A DNA stretch of 64,000 nucleotides from Mustelus asterias (GCF_964213995.1 NC_135830.1:1674001-1738000); one strand, 5' to 3'. Positions 49,538 to 63,189 are shown, numbered from the stretch's first letter. Numbers and translations are program-made. Notes: generated from the sequence alone by a model not told the origin.

Positions 49538-52500
49538 ATCTGGTAATCCTAATGCTGGAGCTTTTGACACGGCCAATTTGAAAAAAAAAACTGCTTTCCT
49601 ATCTTTTCCCATTCTATTCTCTGACTGCTGGCTCGTCCTCCTTTGATTTAATCTTGTAAGTGTTTTGCAAGTACTGCATAATCATCCACTAAATTCCTGC
49701 AATAATGAAAAAGCCCCAACACTTGTCTTACTCCTATTATGGTAAGTAGTCTTTGCATGATTAGCATAGTTTTCTTTCGACCTCCTGGGATTTATTTTAT
49801 GCCTTGGGGTATAAAATGTCCAAAGAATGTCACCTGTTCCTGCCCCAACTGAGCTTTACAAGATTTTAGCTTAAGACCTGCTTCCTGGTTTGCTTGAGTC
49901 TCTCTATGTACAGCTAAACAGTGTGCCATCCAACTGTGTGATACAATCAAAGTGTCGTCCACATATTGCGAATTGGTGGTTCCAACGCATTCTATAGGTT
50001 ATATTATTTGTGCCATGCATTTGTGAAAATTCGCTGGACTATCGTGGAATCCCTGTCGCAGCCGGGTCCAAGTGCATTGCTGATTTCCAACTGCAATTGC
50101 AAGTTTATACTGATGTTCCTCAGCTGCAGGAATTTACCAAAATCCATTAGTTATGTCTGGTACTGTAAACGTCGTCTGCTCAGTTCCAATTGTGTTCAAA
50201 ATATTAGCAGGATTCACCACTATGGGGTGCTGTCGAGTCATGTAGCGGTTCAGTGTTGTGGAATCAATCGTTAATCGAGAACTCCCATCTAGTTTCCTTA
50301 CCAGCCAAACAGGTGAATTAGTGTCTGAGGAAGTTTTCGTTACTACTTGTTGTTTTTTCTAAATGTGCAACGATGTTTTTAACTGCTTCCATTGCTTCTG
50401 GTCTGAGAGGATATTTCTTATGTTGAGGATGAACTTCCCCAGGAATCGTTATAGGAGGGACATCTAGAATCGCAAAATATTTTTGTGTTCGGCCCAAACC
50501 TGAGGCTATTTTGCAGCCAAATTTCCCCATATTGTTCCATAATCCCCAAATTGTCGGAGTTTTTCTATTCTAGAAATTTTACAAACTTTCATTTGATCCC
50601 ATCGATTTCATTTGTACAACCTAAGTCACCTAATGTTACCTACCTTGGTGTCGATTATAGCTCCCAATTGTTCTTGCAGGTCTACTGGTAAAATATTTCA
50701 TTCCTCTCTTGGACATTTTCAAATCCGGACCTGTTCCTCTTTAGCCTGAATCTCCAGTTTAATGGATTCACCTAATAACGCGGTCTGAATCACTTCATTT
50801 ATTTCTCGTAGTCGTATGTTCTGATCAGTTGTCGAAAATTTAGATCTGTCTGTTATAGAAAGAGATGCCTATCAACATGACACAAAATGTTGTCCTCTTG
50901 ACGCTGCTTCTACATACATTTGGGGATCATTACCTTTAGTTCCAAGAGCGACAAATTGTATTTCTGACACAACAACGTCTGCAATTCTGCTGCTGTGAAC
51001 TGGATTACTGTCTGGTAAATCCTGTGCTCTCATGTGGTTTTGGGGTTGATCTTCGGGAGACTAATTTGTCTTGCTAGGATCCTGTCCTTCTCTCTCTCTT
51101 CCCTTCGCCCAACTGTGTTTTATGCCATGACCCATTTTATCATATTTGCTGCATTGCCTTTTAGGATTCGAATTGCTTCCTAAGGATCTGCTTCGGCAAT
51201 CTCTCGCAATATATCCTTCCTTTCCACAGAGCACTTTCTAGAAGTTTTGGTTGATGACTGATCATCTTGTACTGGAGACATTTTAGGATGTTTCTGTTGA
51301 TTAGATTCAGTTTTCATAGCCCAACTCATAACTTCTCGAAAATGTTTCCCGATTGGAGTGCCCATATCTACAATTTGATTCAAAGCTATGGCAAACCCTT
51401 TGTTGAGCGTGCCCAAAAAATGTTATCATCCCTTGTGGGGTTTTCGATCCCTCCGTTGGCTACATTAGCCCTGAATTTCCTTTTTGCGTGTTTTTCCACG
51501 GTTCCATCTGTGTTTTGTTTTATTAAAGTTACCTTAACACAATCAGCTTCTCCCTTACCTAAGGCTCGCACTATCGCCCATTTAATTTTCTCATACCTCT
51601 TACCTCACATTCCCCTACCGCTAATATCCAATCTCTCTTCTTTAAAGCCTCTACTAACATTTGCCATGTTGGCCCAATCAATTTTGCCTTTACTGAAACT
51701 CTTCATCATCCAAAGGCAGATGGTTGATCTCCCTTAACTCATTCATACATTCCCAAAAGGCCGAACTTTGGTGATTGCGTTTTAGTGGTTCCAAGTTATC
51801 CTTTGACATCTGTTCCTGAACCACTTCGGTCGATATAGAAATCATTCCACTCTCATTACCAGATTATACCATTTTAGTTTGGAGTGGTGCTACCGGAATG
51901 GGTCGCTCTGTCTTACTACCGCTAAGGGAATCTCTATCTCCCTGATTTTTCTTTGCTAATCAATCTTACCTATCTTCTTCCTCCTCACTTGATCCTTCTG
52001 GGGTTGAGGGATACAATGAATTTGTTATTAGCTTCTCTACGGGCTTATTTTTAGAAATTTCTTTAACTGCTTTTACAGGGACTGTGTACGTTAGCTGCTT
52101 CTTTTTGAAGGAAGTTTCTCATTATGGCTGCAAGAATTACTGCCGTCATTTCTGCTTTCTTCTTATTCTGAGTATTCCACCAAGACTTCTGCTCAGATTC
52201 GGACGAAATATCCTTTCTCAATCATTTTCCTAATTCATTTGCTGTTTTCTGTTACAGCGATCTGTATTAGAGAATCATTCTTTCCCCAGGCCAGGTCAAA
52301 TCTACAATTTCTTCCATAATTCAAAAGTCCACACGATGGCGCTGTAGACTTCTATACTTTCTCTCTCTTGTCCCTGAAGACAAGCTTCTGATATTTCTGT
52401 CTGTCGGTTTTCTCACTGTTCCTTACCCACTTTTCTCAATTCAACAGATCCCCCTCTGGGAATTTTCCCAATTCTAAGCCCATAGCTTTTCGCCAAAAGA

Positions 52501-53015
52501 ACAACTGTTACTTTCTAACGTTTCCTCTGTTGGGGACCCATAATTTAATTCCTCTGTTAACTTCCCCAATAAGTTGAACGATACTTCACTTCTCCCGCCC
52601 CCAAGGGACAATTTTCAATGTCTCTGCTGACCTTCGCCGACCCCTCCAAGTGGTCTGAGTCTTATGTTCTGGGTGCATGGGGTTTTTTTCAATTAGCTCT
52701 GCTGTCGAACAGTAACAGAATTAAATGCCTGGCATTTCGGATTATGCGCACACCACATATTTATGTCTCCCGCTAACAACACCATTTTTCAATAGCTCCA
52801 CTAACGGGCCAGCATCGAAATTACGTCATCATACCCCGTATTCAGCGTGGTTCCTTTAACCAGCGATATTACCTTCGTGACTCCAAAAGACTTTTCAGAT
52901 AGGTCAACTTATTAATCGAACAATTCGACACGTTTCTCCTTTTAACTAACCCAGTGGTAATATAAAGATACTCACCCTTAGGAGGAATGCCTCGTCGCCG
53001 GAATCCAGTGACTCT

Positions 53016-53034
53016 ATCCCATCGCTCGTCGCCA
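53016..53034 (-). other. Primer binding site complementary to tRNA-Ser(GCU)
   Basis: Minus TGGCGACGAGCGATGGGAT versus expected TGGCGACGAGGATGGGAT (one extra base), 7 nt from the LTR end. Confidence 0.78.
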
Positions 53035-53041
53035 AATAGAC

Positions 53042-53738
53042 TGTTGGGGATAAATCGTCATGACTGCTACTGTCTTAAATTTTGACAATACAAAACTCAC
53101 GGGGCAGGCATCTCTTTATAAAGACGTAACATTTATTCAAAGAACAACAAGTAGCTGCGAGGAAATCACCAAAAAGATTAAGTAGCTCTGAGATAGAGCG
53201 ACAGAGCCTCTCCGATGAATATAAATTATACAATAAAAAATAGATCAATTTTAGTTTTTTGTATCAATCATTTCCGCCTTACACTAGTTCAAAATCAATT
53301 ACATTTAGTATACATACATCAATAATAACCCCTGACATGCACCTTGGCCAATTCCATTTTACCATTCAGCATAATGATATTTTATTTGTCCATTAAATCC
53401 AGACGCTGATTCTAATCTTGACAAAAGCCACTTCTGTGTTCCCTGGTTACCTTAAATTCTTACTGTAGGAGTCAAAATGGACGGATCATTGCCAAACTTG
53501 ATAGACACGTGGTCCTGCAGTACCACCTCTGGGAACGTCTCCAACCTCAGTCTAGAAAATGAATACTCCTGGTCGTTAATGTTGCAATCTGTTCCCGCGT
53601 AAGAAACGTTCTGATATTAATTTTGCTAACTACAGTGTTCCCAGGCCTTTGGCTCTGAATTACTCGCCTTTACTATCATAGCTTGCGGTAACCTGGTTTC
53701 CGCTGAAGCGAAAAACGATTCATACATTTCCCGCAACA
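53042..53738 (-). repeat. 5' LTR of ERV2 (697 bp)
   Basis: Termini TGTTGCGGGA...TCCCCAACA (inverted TGTTG/CAACA), AATAAA near 53135, adjacent PBS. Confidence 0.82.
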
Positions 53739-54376
53739 ACATGTGAATCCATCACACATGTGGGAAAATTGTCGTGTTATGCCCTGTTTACAAAGCCTAG
53801 GAAAAATGCAATCCAGCCAGTTACAGCCGCATTAATCTACGAACAAATATCCGCAAAGTGATGAAAATTATTATCGCCAGTGCAACCATCAGCACGTACA
53901 GATTAATAACTAGTTTGTGCTGCGTACTCTGGTACTGCATTTGTCCTGAACTCATTGCAGACTTGGTTGCATACTGGAAAGCAAGAGAACTGTGTTAATG
54001 AAATGTTTAAAAAGCATATCAAGTTAGAATTTGGCATCACGTGTCACTACAAAATGAACAAATAACAGTAATGCACACGAACGGGCCCTTCATCTCTCCA
54101 AGCCTGTGTCGACCATGATGCCTGCCTGAATTAAAACCTTATGCGCTTATGGATTCTATATCCTTCCAATCCCATCCATTCATGTATTTACTAAGATGCT
54201 CCTTGAAGTCAATAGCGATCAGCAGAATCATATGCCATTGGTTTGAATGTAACATGGTGGAGTGGAAGAATGTTCCGTTTGTTTAAACATTATCATCTCA
54301 TCATTTGGAAATACTTGGGACAGGTTATTGGCTCAAACTTAATAGCCACCCATCTTCAGCTGTTTCATGAATCTTT

Positions 54377-54776
54377 GGGGCGGCACGGTAGCACAGACGG
54401 CATGGTAGCACAGGGGCGGCACGGTAGCACAGGGGCGGCACGGTAGCACAGTGGTTAGCACTGCTGCTTCACAGCTCCGGGGACTTGGGTTCGATTCCCG
54501 GCTTGGGTCACTGTCTGTGTGGAGTCTGCACATTCTCCTCGTGTCTGCGTGGGTTTCCTCCAGGTGCTCCGGTTTCCTCCCACAATCCAAAGATGTGCGG
54601 GTTAGGTTGATTGGCCAGGTTAAAAATTGCCCCGTTGAGTCCTGAGATGCGTAGGTTAGAGGGATTAGCGGGTAAATATGTGGGGGTAGGGCCTCGGTGG
54701 GATTGTGGTCGGTGCAGACTCGATGGGCCGAATGGCCTCCTTCTGAACTGTAGGGTTTCTATGATTTCTATGATTT
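54377..54776 (+). mobile_element. Young HE1-type V-SINE with four tandem copies of its 5' ~18 nt
   Basis: (GGGCGGCACGGTAGCACA)-like x4 at 54377-54450, then a normal SINE body and tail. Confidence 0.92.
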
Positions 54777-55302
54777 CACTCTCCATCAAAATGTTTGAAG
54801 CTGGGATGGTCATTGATAGTTGGTATCAATCACTGCTCAGGTAATAAAACAGTCACAAGCACCTCTATGCATACCTCAGGAACATGCTAGCTTTGGTAAA
54901 TGAGCTAAAAGTAGAATTCACGCCACAGAAAGGCCAAGAGAATGTCCTTCTCAAAGAAGAAAAACATGAAACATCATCCATCGCCACATTTCTCAGCATT
55001 AAAATACTGGAGTTTAAAATTGAACAATATAGAAATATTATGTATTTAAGAGGGGATTAGAGGCTGGAACTCTGCAATGAGTAGCTCACTATGTTCACTC
55101 CATAAATTTTATCCAAAACACCAAGCTGTCTGCTAAAGTTGTGATTGAATGTGTAATGTGTAATTTGTTGCTTGGATGAGCGCAAACTCATTTACATGAC
55201 GAGATAAACAAAGTGTTAAAAGAGAAAAGTGAAGAATGTTCTCACATCCATCACCATCAGCATTGACGGGATTCCCCCCACTGCATGAGTTATTGTCATG
55301 TA

Positions 55303-55630
55303 AGGGCGGCACGGTAGCACAGTGGTTAGCACTGCTGCTTCACAGCTCCAGGGTCGCGGGTTCGATTCCCGTCTCGGGTCACTGTCTGTGTGGAGTTTGC
55401 ACATTCTCCTCGTGTCTGCGTGGGTTTCCTCCGGGTGCTCCGGTTTCCTCCCACAGTCCAAAGATGTGCGGGTTAGGTTGATTGGCCAGGTTAAAATTAC
55501 CCCTGAGATTCGTAGGTTAGAGGGATTAGCGGGTAAATATGTGGGGGTAGGGCCTGGGTGGGATTGTGGTCGGTGCAGACTCGATGGGCCGAATGGCCTC
55601 CTTCTTCACTGTAGGATTTCTATGATTCTA
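55303..55630 (+). mobile_element. Young full-length HE1-type V-SINE
   Basis: Near-identical to 8375-8712. Confidence 0.92.
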
Positions 55631-55999
55631 TGTGATCCAGCTACAATGTACCTGATTGCTACAATGCAGCCTTCCAGCAGAACAGTCTCTGAAAAGTAGA
55701 CCAAAGGCTGACACCGTGCTCTTTCCCTTTTTGCATGCAAGATTCAAACACTGAAATACATTTTTTGAATCATTGGCATATTGGGATTTATGGTTGTGAT
55801 ATTGAATTATTTTCGAAATTCATTTTAGCCTCTGCATCTATCCCCTTAGCTGTACTAATCAGAAACTGGCTCTGTGCCTGGCAATCCACCATCAATCATA
55901 CAATTAAAATAATCCACGACCAGCAGAAATCAATAGCTGGCGTTGCATATAGCGATGTATTGTTGTTTGGTAAAATATCTCGATCATGATTGTTCACTA

Positions 56000-57260
56000 T
56001 GGAGACGAATGGGAGGTCAGCCATGATATGATTCAATGCGAAGCAGGCTCGAAGAGGTGAACCTGCCAACTTCTGCTCCTAATTCCAATTCCTATGTTAC
56101 TATGTTAAGAAGGCAAATGAGACATTTGCTTTCATCAGTCGTGGTGCACGGTATAAGAGCCAGGACGTAACGTTGGAATTAGAAATGCATTGGTTCGGCC
56201 ACAGCTGGAGAACGATGTGCATTTCCTGTCACCTCATTTTCGAAAGGATGTGATAACACGAGACGAGGTTCAGAGGAGATACACCAGGATGTTGCCTGGG
56301 ATGCAGCAATTGAGCTCTAAGGAGAGACTGAATGCGTTTGGATTGTCTTTTTCGAGCACAAGCCGCTGAGGAGTGCATGATTGTAATGATTACGAAGGGT
56401 ATGGACAGGGTGAGCAGAGAGCAGTTGTACCCCGTGTTTGAGGGGTCAATCAATACTGTAATATGGATAACTGTGAGGTTTGGTAGCAATAATATAAAGG
56501 TAGAAAATTACTTGAATGGGTATAAATTGAGAGAGGTGGATACTCAGTGAGTCCGTGGTGTCCTCGCCCATCGTTGAAAATAAGCTTGCAGGTACAGCAG
56601 GCAGGAAATAAGGCAAATAGCATGTTGGCCTTCACAGCTAGAGGATCTGAGTTCAAAAATAGAAATATTTTGCTGCAATTGTATAGGGCATTGGTGAGGT
56701 CACACCTCGAGTTTTGTGTAATTTTTGATGTCCTTATCAAGAGAAGTACTGTTCTTGCTTTAGAGCAAGTACAGCAAAGGTTTACCAGGCTGATTCCTGG
56801 GATTGCAGATCTATCAACTGAGGAGGCAGTAAGTCGGTTAAAATAGATTAATCTGAGTTTAGAAGAGTCAGGGGGGATATCATAGAAACTTGTACAATTC
56901 TAACAGGATTAGACAGGGTAGATTCAGAAAGAATGTTCACGATTGTTGGGAGTCCAAAACTAGGGGTCATAGTTTGAGAATAAGGGGTAAACAATTCAGA
57001 ACTGAGTTGAGGAGAAATTTCTTCACCTAGAGGGTGGTGAGTGTTTGGAATTCCCGACAACAGAAAGTCGTTGAGGTCAAAAAGTTGTCTGATTTTCAAG
57101 AATAAATTAAATCTAGTTGTTGGGAATAAATAGTTCAAGGGGTACGGGAGGAAGCGGGGGCCGGCATATTGAATTTGATGATCAGGCATGATTAATATCA
57201 ATGACGGAGCAGACTCGAAGGGCTGAACGGCCTACTCTTTCTTCTAGTTTGTATGTTTCG
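56000..57260 (+). mobile_element. Stacked old CR1 LINE fragments
   Basis: KANSMLAF, LYRALVRSHLEFC, RRNFFT.RVV motifs; CR1 3' UTRs near 56050 and 57200. Confidence 0.75.
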
Positions 57261-57744
57261 AGGACTCTATGAAAACAGCATTGTCCAAATCGTCACTGAA
57301 ACTGCTGTCATACCTGCCAAAAACAATCCATTCACACGCTGCCAAACCAACACTGCATTGCAATGCTCCTCAGGTCGGAAAGCATCCACTCAGAGCGTTA
57401 TAAGCAAAATATACTTTTATATTTCCTAATATACAACGTTTCTGATGTAGACAACCATCATGGCAGGAATGGTATTGAGCTGTATCTGTTTACAATGAAA
57501 TGTGCGGTGCTCAATAGAATCGTTTCAACTCGGATTGTAAACATGCGGTTCTGGAGATGGGGTGTATCCCCCTGAATTGAACATGTAGAAGCCGAATATA
57601 GTCAGGTTCGGCTGGACGTGTTAAACTGGATAATTACAAATGAATTTAAGCTCGCTGAAACGGATGTGTGTACATTGTGTGTGACCACGTGAACTGGGCC
57701 AGTATATTACCGCGCTGAACTGGATCTTTGATTACTTTCAGTCC

Positions 57745-58030
57745 AGGCGAAGGCCATTCTGCCCATCGAGTCTGCACCAACCACAATCGCACCCATCCCC
57801 ATGACCTCACATATTTACCCTGTTGATCCCTCTGATACTAAGGGGCTATTTAGCATGGCCAATCCACCCAACCTGCTAATCTTTGGGCTGTGGGAGGCAA
57901 CAGGAGCACCTGGAGGAAAACCACGCAGACACGGGGAGAATGTGCATACTCCACAAAGACAGAAATTGAACCTGGGCCCCTGGCGCTGTGAGGCAACGTG
58001 CTGAGCACTGCACTCACCAGTGTGCCGCCC
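57745..58030 (-). mobile_element. Older HE1-type V-SINE
   Basis: Reverse-complement head, V domain and tail. Confidence 0.75.
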
Positions 58031-58690
58031 GGATTAGTACGCTGAATTGAACCGCACTGAGGTTTATCACTCCAAACGGTACAAAACCAGGGTGAACTGG
58101 GCCAGAATACCAGTGGTGAACTGAACAACTCCCCTTTGAAAATAATCAGCCGAGCTGTAACTGGATCTGCTGCTATTAAATGTAACTGTACTCAGTGTTG
58201 CGTCAAAGCAGATACAGAATACAGCAATGTGTCACGTCCTTGCATGTGAGTGGCGATCACAATGATTGAGTTACGATCTGGTAGAGAATATGACCCTCAC
58301 TTTAAATGCCCTCAATTCCTGAGTTTAAATCCGGTAATTCATAATTTACAAGCTCCCATTAACAACTGCAACTGCATGCTAGATGTTTCATTGTCTGTCG
58401 TGAATAAATGTACCTGGCATCATTGGACAATATCTGGATAGGAGAGTCTTCAAGTATTTCCCTTTTTGAACTGATTCCTTTTAAAAAAATATATCAGTCC
58501 ATCAAAACACAAAAGTTACACCTGGCAATTTCTATATTTAATTTTAATTTATTTGTTTCAATAAGTGCAATTAATTCATATCAAAAAAGGCAACATCGTC
58601 CTTCGAATTAACTCCCCGGAGCTTTACAATAAGCATAAATGTAACAATCTTGCTGTGTATTGTAGAACGCATCTGGAGTTTCTGACAGAC

Positions 58691-58743
58691 ATGTCTGGTC
58701 TTTGCCATTTACTACCCTGTCTTCACCGCTATCAGAATTCCAG
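58691..58743 (+). pseudogene. Orphan exon 1 of a second GPR139-like gene (17-nt deletion after ATG; exon 2 absent)
   Basis: LVFAIYYPVFTAIRIP G|GTAAAG aligns to 43335-43404; flanking upstream and intron sequence also homologous. Confidence 0.75.
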
Positions 58744-59699
58744 GTAAAGTATAGCCGTTTTACAGTCGCTTTGGGACTTACTGCATAGAATGCCCAAGCA
58801 TCAATGTTCCGATTTTTCATTAACGCTTCTTCTTGGCACAATATATTTCTAGACTTTAAAATGATACTGGTATGGCTTTATTTTTGTACTGGACGTTTTT
58901 GCCCCTTTATCAAAGTGGTAATTCTGCTTCATTTTAACATATTTACAACCAATTTAAAATGCTAAAGCTTATTTCTTCAGATTTTTGGATATAATTTATT
59001 GCAATTACTGACGGATTCTCCCCGTTAACTGTGGCTTTTCATTGCATTTATCGGCATGTTTTCCTTTTCATATTACAGCAAAACATCTTCATTTGACTGG
59101 TACACCATCTTTTCTTGACAATACCTCATCATTCCGTCAATTGTACAATGAGGGCATAAGGAATTTACAGACATAAGCGATTCAGCCCTTTGAGCTCGCT
59201 ACTCAATTCAGCCAAATCTTGGCTGACCTTCTAATCTAACACAACTTTCCTTCACTATCCCTCTATCTCTTGGTGAATTTGATTTCTCAATATCTATCGA
59301 TTTCTGTCTTGGACATTTTCAACGATGGAACCTCCACTGCCTCTCTGGCCGAGAATGACGCAGAGTCGGAACCCAAAATCCGTCCCAAAACCAATCGAAA
59401 ATGACGTGCCACTTTTTTGTGAGACTGTGTCCCCGGGGTCTCGACTGTCCAGCTAGTGGAGATCTATTGACTCCACATGCCTTATCGAACTCTCAGAATG
59501 CTGCATGATTGATTTAGAACGTCTGTCTTTTGTTCTGAACTCCAGATAATAAAGTCCCAATACCTTTAAATCGCCTCTCCATAACAGAATACATTTTCTG
59601 AATCTTGTTCTACAACCTCTTTGGCAAGGCTGAGGAGTTCAGAAACTACCCACAATACTCCAGCTGCGGTCTCAACAATGTTCTGTAAGTTTGCAATAA

Positions 59700-60748
59700 T
59701 TCCTGGAGGCACGGAGGGTACCAGAGGACCGGAAAGTAGCTAATGTAACACCGCTGTGTAAGAAGGAATCGAGGCAGCAGAGGGAAATTATAGGCCGCTT
59801 AGCTTGACTTTGGTCATTGGCAGGATTTTAGTGTCCATTAATAAAGATGAGATCGCAGAGTACTTGGAAATGCATGATAAAGTAGCACTGAGTCAGCACG
59901 GCTTTGTCAAGGGGAGGTCATGTCTGACAAATCTTTACAGTTCTTTGAGGAGGTAACAAAGAAGTTAGATAAAGGAGACCCAGTGGACGTAATTTATTTA
60001 GATTTCCAGAAGGCCTTTGACAAGGTGCCGCATAGGAGACTGTTCAATAGGTTACGTGCTTATGGTGTTAAGGGTAAGATCCTGGCATGGATAGAGGATT
60101 GGTTGACTGGCAGACGGCAGAGTGTGGGGATAAAGGAGTCTTTCTCAGGATGGCAGCGGTGACTAATGGTGTGCCTCAGGGGTCAGTGCTGGCACCACAA
60201 CTTCTCACAATATACACTGACGATTTGGAGGAAGGAACTGAAGTCACTGTTGCTAAGTTTGCTGATGATACAATTCTATATAGGGAGACAGGTGGTATTG
60301 AGGAAGCGGGGGGGGGGGGGTGCTGCAGAAGGGCTTGGGCAGGTTAGGAGAGTGGGCAAAGAAGTGGCAGATCAAGTACAATGTGGAAAGTGTGAGGTTA
60401 TGCACTTCGGAAGGAGGCATGGAGGCATAGACTATTTTCTAAATGTAGAAATGCTTAGGAAATCAGAAACGAAGGGGACTTGGGATAATCGTTCAAGATT
60501 CTCTGATGGTTAACGTGCAGGTTCAGTCGGCAGTTAGGAAGGCAAATGCAATGTTAACATTCATGTCGAAAGGGCTAGAATACGAGAGCAGGGATGTACT
60601 TCTGAGGCTGTATAAGGCTCTGGTCAGACCCCATTTAGAGTATTGTGAGCAGTTTTGGGCCCCATATCTAAGGAAGGATGTGCTGGCCTCGGAAAGGGTT
60701 CAGAGGAGGTTCACAAGAATTAATTCTGGAATGAAGAGCTTGTCATAT
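59700..60748 (+). mobile_element. CR1 LINE internal fragment, 3' truncated
   Basis: VDVIYLDFQKAFDKVPH, GVPQGSVL, KFADD, RPHLEYC; no 3' tail. Confidence 0.88.
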
Positions 60749-60878
60749 CAGTACCCACGAGAATACAGCTCTGATCCAATTTCGATAAATATTAAACAGG
60801 GTTAACTGTTGAAATTTTGGTGACCTTTCTGAAAACGTGATGCGAGCTAAACAGACATCGCTGTCTCCCTTCCCTCAC

Positions 60879-61170
60879 CTGCTACAATTACAATCACTGG
60901 CCTCATTGAGTTGAGATACTAATTGATTCCCATTGACAAAAGTTACATATGTGCATTGATACCGCCCTCCTTGGTCTGTCCTGCTCACAGTGCATGCTCC
61001 AGTGTGATCCTTCATAATAATTTGATCCGAATAGAACTACTAATTAAGTTTGTAAAACAAGATTTGACCAGGTTTTTCCCAGTTCACTGTGCAGTTAACT
61101 GTGAGCGCCTCTCCCGCTAAATAGACACCGGTGAGTAGATGAAGATATACCCTGGGCTGTGTGAGCTGAT
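60879..61170 (-). pseudogene. C2-type Ig-domain exon B' of an FcR/LILR-like receptor pseudogene
   Basis: Acceptor CCTCACAG, DQLTQPRVYL..GVYLAGEALTVNC...DQGGRYQCTY...VIVIVA, donor G|GTGAG; internal stops and frameshift. Confidence 0.8.
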
Positions 61171-61559
61171 CTGTGAGGAAACAATATTGATATGTTGGTT
61201 TTCATATAGACTGAAATTATCGTCACTCGGCAACTGCTTTGCTTTAAATGTGGAATTCTGGCAGGGAGAGTTCTGATTGGAGGGCAAATAGGAATTGTTT
61301 GACAGAATGATACTTCAGTGTCAGAGTCAAAACATCTCAGGGATGCATTTCTGGAAATCAGGAATATGGTCGAATAATGGTTAGACAACACTTCAAGAGC
61401 GGTGCAAAATACTGAACTCCGCATTAACCTAATTATCAAGAGGATCATGAGAATCCGATTTGGTAAATTGATGTGAGAAATGGAAGTGTGCAAACCTCAG
61501 GAGAGATTAAACCTGCCAAGAGGCCTTTCTCTTGGAAAGATAAGTCTGAGCGGGGACCT

Positions 61560-61698
61560 GATGAGTCTATTAACGTTATTACATGGCATCCCACAAGGCA
61601 ATATTTCTACGGTGCCTCAAAAGTCACAATTATTATTTGTCCTTTCAAATATACTTTATCTGGACGGTTAACAGATACTGTCGGGTTGTCGGCGGGAA
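61560..61698 (-). pseudogene. Truncated Ig-domain exon A'
   Basis: Acceptor ACATTTCAG, PADNPTVSVNRPDKVYLKGQIIIVTF, paralogous to exon A; 3' part lost. Confidence 0.65.
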
Positions 61699-62676
61699 CT
61701 GAAATGTTAGTACGGGAACAACTGAATATTTAACACACTGTTTCAAACAGGGGTAAGTTTAACCTAACGTTCCGAGAGGGAACTCACTGATATGTGTTTG
61801 TCCATCAGTTTTATCCACAATTCACCGTCCCTCCTTCACCACCTCCCCCACTCTCCCCCCCCCCCCCCCGCCCCAAGAATACATACAAATTCACGCCTGC
61901 CATTCTTTCCAATTCAGTCAATGGGCTAGCATACTGACATGCTTACTCTTCATATTTTCCCGGATTCCCGGCAATATCTGTGAAAATTATAGCCCACAAA
62001 TCCTTAAGATGTTGGTACAGGGTGTGAAAGAATTAGAGCAGATGATACAGCAACAATGGTAGAAAATTGGAACGTAATAGGTCTCAGATAGGGAGACATT
62101 TACAATCAAATCAAAATACTGAATGTTGACCAGAAAGGGTTATTTTATGGCAATTTTAGACATTTAACAGGGTGTATAGCCTGAACATGATTCCACTAGC
62201 ACGCAAGGTACCATCAAAAAATGACAACTGAATAATCTTTAACAAATCAGTGCAGAGTATATGGGAATTACGATGGGGCAGTGGGAGCAGTCATAACGAT
62301 GATTCCCATAGCGTTGGTGATGATAGGAATAGCAGAAACGCATTTGAGGAGCGGGTAGCTAGAAAGAAGAAGTAGAAGATGTTGGAACTATATGGGGTTC
62401 TGAAGATAGAAACTCAGGTTGGATGAGTTCTGTTCCCAGCACGTATGGCGACCGGTCTCCTTCCATGCTGGGAAAATTTCGCTGCAACAGTTTCACCATA
62501 AATGTATGACATAGCAAGGTGTAACATACCAATGGCTGAAGGGCCATTCTTGTGCTGAAATATTCTTTTTTATTCTTTACCTGGGATATGTCAACATTGA
62601 AACAAGAACTAACTAATTTACATCTCTCAAACGTCTTGTGCAACCATATTACTAATCGCTAGTCGTCTTCACTCAC

Positions 62677-62969
62677 CTACTGTAGTGAGAGTCTGAGTTT
62701 CGCTGAACGGGGTTTCCAACCAAGGACCGTGGACTGACGTTTTATATTTACATCGGTACCGCCCTCCTTGGTTTGCATTCGTCACAGTGAATGTTCAGAT
62801 GTTGTCCTTTGTGATGATTTGCCTGGAGTCCTGCATTCTTCCCCTCTGAAAAAACAGAAACTTCTCTCGGGAGAATCTTCCGTAACAGCGCAGGAAATGA
62901 TGACCCTCTCTTCTACAATATACACTCCATTCGATTGATCGAGTGATATCATTGGAACTATTGGCTGAT
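62677..62969 (-). pseudogene. C2-type Ig-domain exon B
   Basis: DQPIVPMISLDQSNGVYIVEERVIISC...NQGGRYRCKY...QTLTTV, donor G|GTGAGT; frameshift and stop. Confidence 0.82.
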
Positions 62970-63189
62970 CTGTTGTAGCATAAATGAAAATAATAATTAA
63001 CATTCATCTGTGATCTGTGTGCTGCATTTTTTTGCAAAAAAGAACTGATATGTGCTCCTATAAATAGCAGATGATCATTGCTACCCAATTTCCACTCCCG
63101 AGAATCGATTCCAATCCGACATGTTTTCATGCCATGAGCTGTCACTGAATGGTATTGGATGTTCTGGAGTGAAACGTTTTGAAGCTTGC

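Larger units (their letters stand above)
46190..53738 (-). mobile_element. Defective class I-like endogenous retrovirus (ERV2): 5' LTR, PBS, gag, pro, RT, RNase H, integrase
   Basis: RT WTRLRQGFHDSP and QYVDD (49954-49965); RNase H 48470-48760; integrase HHCC remnant ~48000-48090 and core LQTDFIGPLP..IDQFTR*V.AFP..PRWG.P.QLDS.QGTHFTG 46700-46930; 3' LTR absent, left boundary approximate. Confidence 0.88.

Noticed and set aside
54377-54450. CRISPR-like short repeat array
   Set aside because: Repeats are directly adjacent with no spacers, derive from a SINE 5' end, and the DNA is vertebrate.
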